From NCBI GenBank assembly GCA_031414595.1, contig JANNVX010000018.1, forward strand, positions 96,001 through 160,000: a stretch of 64,000 nt of DNA, in the 5' to 3' direction. The position numbers and the translations under genes are program-made. Positions 60,472-64,000 of this stretch are shown in pieces. Each line of letters begins with the position of its first letter. The stretch's first letter is position 1. The notes beneath the pieces were generated by a model, which did not search any database, was not told where the DNA came from, and worked only from the letters and a program-made list of their open reading frames with translations. Source of the stretch: Deinococcales bacterium (GTDB taxonomy: Bacteria; Deinococcota; Deinococci; Deinococcales; JAAFIG01).

Positions 60472-61967
60472 AATTGTATCCCTCCAACCCAAGTGCTTTC
60501 GAGATTCCACTCGAGAACGGGGGTGTTGCTGTTGGCGTAAATGTTAAAATCGGCGTACTGACCAACTTCTAGTGTACCACGATTGTTTTGGTCATTACTC
60601 GAAATTGCGCCATTCAAAGTGAAGGCTTCGATACTTTCTTCAAGTGTGACTTGATTGCCAGTTCTAAAAGGCTCGAGGGTGGCGGCGTGAATGCCCACCA
60701 AAGGACTGACTTCTTTGACTACAGGCGCATCACTCGAGAAGACCGTGGTTAGTCCAGCCTCCATCATGGCACGAAGGTTATAACAATGCGTTGCAAAGGC
60801 TTTTGGTAGGTATTTGGCAAAGTTTCCAGCCAGTTCATGCAGAAAAATTGGTTGTGGTACAACAATCACATCAAGTGCCTTGGCTCTAGCCAAATGGGTT
60901 GGGTTTGCCAATCCAAAGTGTTCGATTCTATGTCGAATGCTTGGATGAGGGGATTTTGCCAGTCGTTCGTACACCGTTAAAATCTGGTCAAGCGCAACAT
61001 CACCAATTGCGTGCGTGCCAATCCGAAAACCGTTTTGGTGTGCCTCGAGTGCCAGTTGGTACAATTCCTCGGTCTCAAAACGCAGTACCCCATGACTTGG
61101 AGTATCGGTGTTTTGGTAGGGGAGACTGACCGCAGCCGTCGCACCACTTAAGCCACCATCGGCAAAGAATTTAACACTGTCCACCCGCAGGAAACCCGAG
61201 ACGAATTTCTCGGGTAGCGGATAGGTCTGGTTTCCGCCATCTGGACGACGAATAAACAGCAGATTGACCCGAATTGGTAGCGCATTTTCTGATTCGAGTT
61301 GACGGTATGCCTCGAGCAGCGTTGGGTCAACCGCAGGGTCGGTGCAACTGGTGATGCCGTGCTGAGCAAGCCAATCTAAACCCGCCAGAATAAATTTTTT
61401 GCAATCCTGTACGCTAAAAGCGGGCATGGCTTTTAAGACTAAGCCGTGGGCGGTTTCAAAAAGCATTCCATTCTCGAAATGAATTTCACCGCCGTGTGGC
61501 ACGGGCGTAGCAGCATCAATCCCTGCCAAATTCATTGCCCTCGAGTTGACGGCGTGAATATGAGCGCAAGTTCGGGTCAGCACTACAGGATTATGCGGCG
61601 CAACCGTATCCAGTACAGTTTTATTGGGGCTACCACTCAGCTTGGCTTCGTTCCAACCACGCCCGAGTAACCACTGCCCAGCCTCAAGGGTACTAACTCG
61701 AGAACGCACCAAGTCGTACACTTCCTCGAGTGTGCTTGCATCACGTAAATCCAGCATTGAGGTGCGAAGATGCCCAACTTTCCAAACGTGGACATGGGCA
61801 TCGTTCCAACCGGGATAGATTGCCAAACCGCCTAAATCTATGGTTTCTCGAGCTTCGAGGTTTGGATTATCCAGCGCCACAATTTTCCCGTCTTGAATGC
61901 CTAGGCTGGTAGCAGTTTGCCCTCGAGTTACCCAAATTTTTGCATTGATGAACATTAAGTCAATCAT
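60468..61967 (-). CDS. Amidohydrolase family 3 (YtcJ-like)
   Basis: PGWNDAHVH, GRGW, KFFADG, THAIGD, RIEH, SSDAP; AAGGAGG RBS. Confidence 0.92.
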   Translation of the reverse strand: MIDLMFINAKIWVTRGQTATSLGIQDGKIVALDNPNLEARETIDLGGLAIYPGWNDAHVHVWKVGHLRTSMLDLRDASTLEEVYDLVRSRVSTLEAGQWLLGRGWNEAKLSGSPNKTVLDTVAPHNPVVLTRTCAHIHAVNSRAMNLAGIDAATPVPHGGEIHFENGMLFETAHGLVLKAMPAFSVQDCKKFILAGLDWLAQHGITSCTDPAVDPTLLEAYRQLESENALPIRVNLLFIRRPDGGNQTYPLPEKFVSGFLRVDSVKFFADGGLSGATAAVSLPYQNTDTPSHGVLRFETEELYQLALEAHQNGFRIGTHAIGDVALDQILTVYERLAKSPHPSIRHRIEHFGLANPTHLARAKALDVIVVPQPIFLHELAGNFAKYLPKAFATHCYNLRAMMEAGLTTVFSSDAPVVKEVSPLVGIHAATLEPFRTGNQVTLEESIEAFTLNGAISSNDQNNRGTLEVGQYADFNIYANSNTPVLEWNLESTWVGGIQL

Positions 61968-61994
61968 TGACAACCTCCTTAAAAGTGCTATAGT
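61967..61994 (+). promoter_or_regulatory. Promoter for the DUF3800-associated small RNA
   Basis: TTGACA(61967)-16-TATAGT(61989) with TGn extension. Confidence 0.7.
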
Positions 61995-62000
61995 GATTTT

Positions 62001-62097
62001 TAGAAATGGCTCGCAGCCTGAAAAGTGACCGGATGGTCGCCTGCCGAAAGGATAGGAACGAGTCGCAAAAGAACCTCATAATAGGGGTTCTTTTTTT
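62001..62097 (+). ncRNA. Structured small RNA convergent on the DUF3800 gene (DUF3800-RNA-motif-like)
   Basis: Nested stems, GAAA tetraloop and terminator GAACCTC-ATAATA-GGGGTTC-T7; G-U pairs favour the + strand. Confidence 0.75.
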
Positions 62098-62690
62098 AAT
62101 TCTTTGAGCGTAATTTTTGACCGAAGAATTTCTAAGAGTTTTTCAGAATCTTCTCCTCGTTTTTGGCGATGGACAGCACCTGCAATAAAGTCTGCGAGTT
62201 GTAGTAATTCTGTCCTTGTTGAATCTACAAAAGTAAGGTCGGCAATTTCAGCGGCTAGTGTTTGACGAATATAAGACTTAAATAACCTCTTAAATTGACG
62301 ATTATGCGTTCCATCTAAGCGAAAACGAGCTTTGGAAAAATCATTCTGAAAAACCAAGAGTGCTTGAGCAATCATCCACTGATAAGCATCAATACCATTT
62401 TGAGAGAAAAAACTTAATTCGAGGCTCGTTTTATCAATAGTGAATACTCGAGCTTCAAAATCAAGTGTTGAAATAAACTGAGCCAGATTCAAACGGCGAG
62501 AATTGTTCATTTTGCTAAACTTAAATTCATCACGTTGACCTAGAGATTTTTGAAAATCTGCCAGCGCAATTGCGACAGATGTGGCTCGTTCATCATTGGC
62601 AAAAATCACCATTGCAACGACAAAATACCGACTCGAGTTCTGCTCGAACTTAAAACCCGCATCACCACTTTCGTCTACAAAAACCAGCAT
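62076..62690 (-). CDS. DUF3800 domain protein (acidic motifs, RNase H-like fold predicted)
   Basis: VFVDESGD, EFKFS, DS...LLQLADFIAG. Confidence 0.88.
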   Translation of the reverse strand: MLVFVDESGDAGFKFEQNSSRYFVVAMVIFANDERATSVAIALADFQKSLGQRDEFKFSKMNNSRRLNLAQFISTLDFEARVFTIDKTSLELSFFSQNGIDAYQWMIAQALLVFQNDFSKARFRLDGTHNRQFKRLFKSYIRQTLAAEIADLTFVDSTRTELLQLADFIAGAVHRQKRGEDSEKLLEILRSKITLKELKKEPLL

Positions 62691-62692
62691 AC

Positions 62693-63358
62693 TTACCACA
62701 TCACCGCTTTATTGCGCCAAACAATCAGAATGCCGTAATTGGCACAACTGGCATCCTCGAGATAGTCTGGAATCACCCCATGAATTCTGTAACCGCGTTT
62801 AAGTTGAATACTCAGCACAGGGTCAAAGCGCTCACCACGAATGACTTGATGGAGGTATTCCTCTATCGGCATCTCGAGTTTCACCGCGCCGTAACCCTTT
62901 GGCATTGCCCCAGCGTAATGCCCATGCAGTCCAAGCCGTACCACAAGGTCTTGACGGGCTTTATAGAGCAAACTCGAGAGTCCTTGACTGCGATACTCGG
63001 GCAGCACCCCAATGTCTGCCCCGTACAACCAATGGGCGGTGCTGTCATGGGTGGTAAAAAATCCTTCACCCACGGCTGGAAAGAACTTATGCTGATAATG
63101 ATTAAAGTCCAACTCGAGCATGATGTCACTCGAGCTTGCCACCACTTTATTGTCGAGCGTGTCCAGCACCACATGCTGCCCATCTGGAAAAATTTTGATG
63201 TGCGAAGCAAAATGATGTGCCGACATGATGTCTGCTTCGGCAAGCTCAGGAAAAGAAACCCGTTGAATGTTCTCGAGGGCGTGGGTCATGTCTATAGTGC
63301 TATTGACGACGACATAACGCCCGTCAGAACTCGAGACCAGCGCTGGAAGATTGGTCAT
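62693..63358 (-). CDS. GNAT-family acetyltransferase
   Basis: IGVLPEYRSQGLS..LY acetyl-CoA motif, FDPVLSIQL..G. Confidence 0.85.
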   Translation of the reverse strand: MTNLPALVSSSDGRYVVVNSTIDMTHALENIQRVSFPELAEADIMSAHHFASHIKIFPDGQHVVLDTLDNKVVASSSDIMLELDFNHYQHKFFPAVGEGFFTTHDSTAHWLYGADIGVLPEYRSQGLSSLLYKARQDLVVRLGLHGHYAGAMPKGYGAVKLEMPIEEYLHQVIRGERFDPVLSIQLKRGYRIHGVIPDYLEDASCANYGILIVWRNKAVMW

Positions 63359-63373
63359 AAATTACCCCAAATT

Positions 63374-63444
63374 AACCGTAGGGGCAAGGCATGCCTTGCC
63401 CTTATTGTGATGTGGTGGGTTAGGTAAGCCCAACCCCTACGGTT
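63374..63444. repeat. Inverted pair of GTAG-type REPs (REPIN-like)
   Basis: AACCGTAGGGGCAAGGCATGCCTTGCCC ... GGGTTAGGTAAGCCCAACCCCTACGGTT. Confidence 0.8.
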
Positions 63445-64000
63445 TACGCATTTACAAGTTCTTTGGCTTTATGAACCGCATAAGCCGCACGAATTGCCCC
63501 TTGCACCACGCTTAGGGCTTCGTGCAGCATGGCAGGGTCAATATCAAGTTGAGGCAAGAACCGAATGCAGTTGCTGTACAAACCGGCTCTGAGCAGTATC
63601 ACACCACCCTCGAGACAACGCTTGGCAACATCGGGGACAAGTTCGAGCCAAGGTTCTTTACTTACTTGGTCTTTGACAAATTCCACCACCATCATCCCGC
63701 CGATACCACGCACATCGCCAACACAGGGTAACTCGAGCATCATCGGTTCAAACATCTGGCGCACGGTCTTTTCGATATGGGCTGCGCCAGCTTGTAAATC
63801 AGAGCTTTGGAGTAATTCCAGTGCCTCGAGCGCCGCGACACAGGCTAACGGGTTACCGCCGTAAGTGCTGCCGACCCCACCAATATGAGCGCTGTCCATG
63901 ATTTCGGCTCGAGCCGTGATTGCACTTAAGGGCAGTCCAGCCGCAAGGCTTTTGGCACTGATAATTATGTCTGGAATGACATTGCTATGTTCAATTGCCC
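63444..64000 (-). CDS. gabT: Class III aminotransferase, 4-aminobutyrate transaminase-like (5' part outside window)
   Basis: SAKSLAAGLPLSA PLP lysine, STYGGNPLAC, DVRGIG, AGLYSNCIRFLP; gabD downstream. Confidence 0.8.
   Translation of the reverse strand, partial: AIEHSNVIPDIIISAKSLAAGLPLSAITARAEIMDSAHIGGVGSTYGGNPLACVAALEALELLQSSDLQAGAAHIEKTVRQMFEPMMLELPCVGDVRGIGGMMVVEFVKDQVSKEPWLELVPDVAKRCLEGGVILLRAGLYSNCIRFLPQLDIDPAMLHEALSVVQGAIRAAYAVHKAKELVNA

Noticed and set aside
62780-63427. 215-aa + strand ORF and the other long antisense ORFs in the track
   Set aside because: They are shadows of well-supported genes on the opposite strand, with no recognisable motifs.

Overview
A ~47% GC bacterial chromosomal window that looks like Deinococcota: PriA has degenerate helicase motifs, and many genes have TANNNT-(5-7 nt)-ATG leaderless starts. 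Housekeeping and metabolic genes include ccdA, an M3 oligopeptidase, ispH, metY/metX under an enlarged SAM-I riboswitch, priA, ilvBN with a leader-peptide attenuator, and gabT/gabD. The window also holds a ROK-regulated glycoside-utilisation operon (ABC transporter, GH3, esterase, GH78), a two-component-regulated RND/TolC efflux operon, a second sugar ABC system, three type II toxin-antitoxin pairs and several GTAG-type REP elements. I saw no tRNA, rRNA, CRISPR array or transposase. Three things stand out. (1) A DUF3800 gene converges on a promoter- and terminator-bounded structured small RNA (~62001-62097), and the pair sits inside the GABA operon. (2) The palindrome CTCGAG is about 25-35x over-represented in hand-counted segments, in all reading frames and between genes, while GATC and GGCC are depleted. 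(3) A 9-kb accessory locus combines a SARP/BTAD-NB-ARC-TPR regulator and a candidate operator with two globins, a lasso-leader-like small peptide, RCC1- and collagen-repeat lipoproteins, and a trypsin domain inserted into an SdrD-B domain. All calls come from reading the sequence by eye; no database searches were run.
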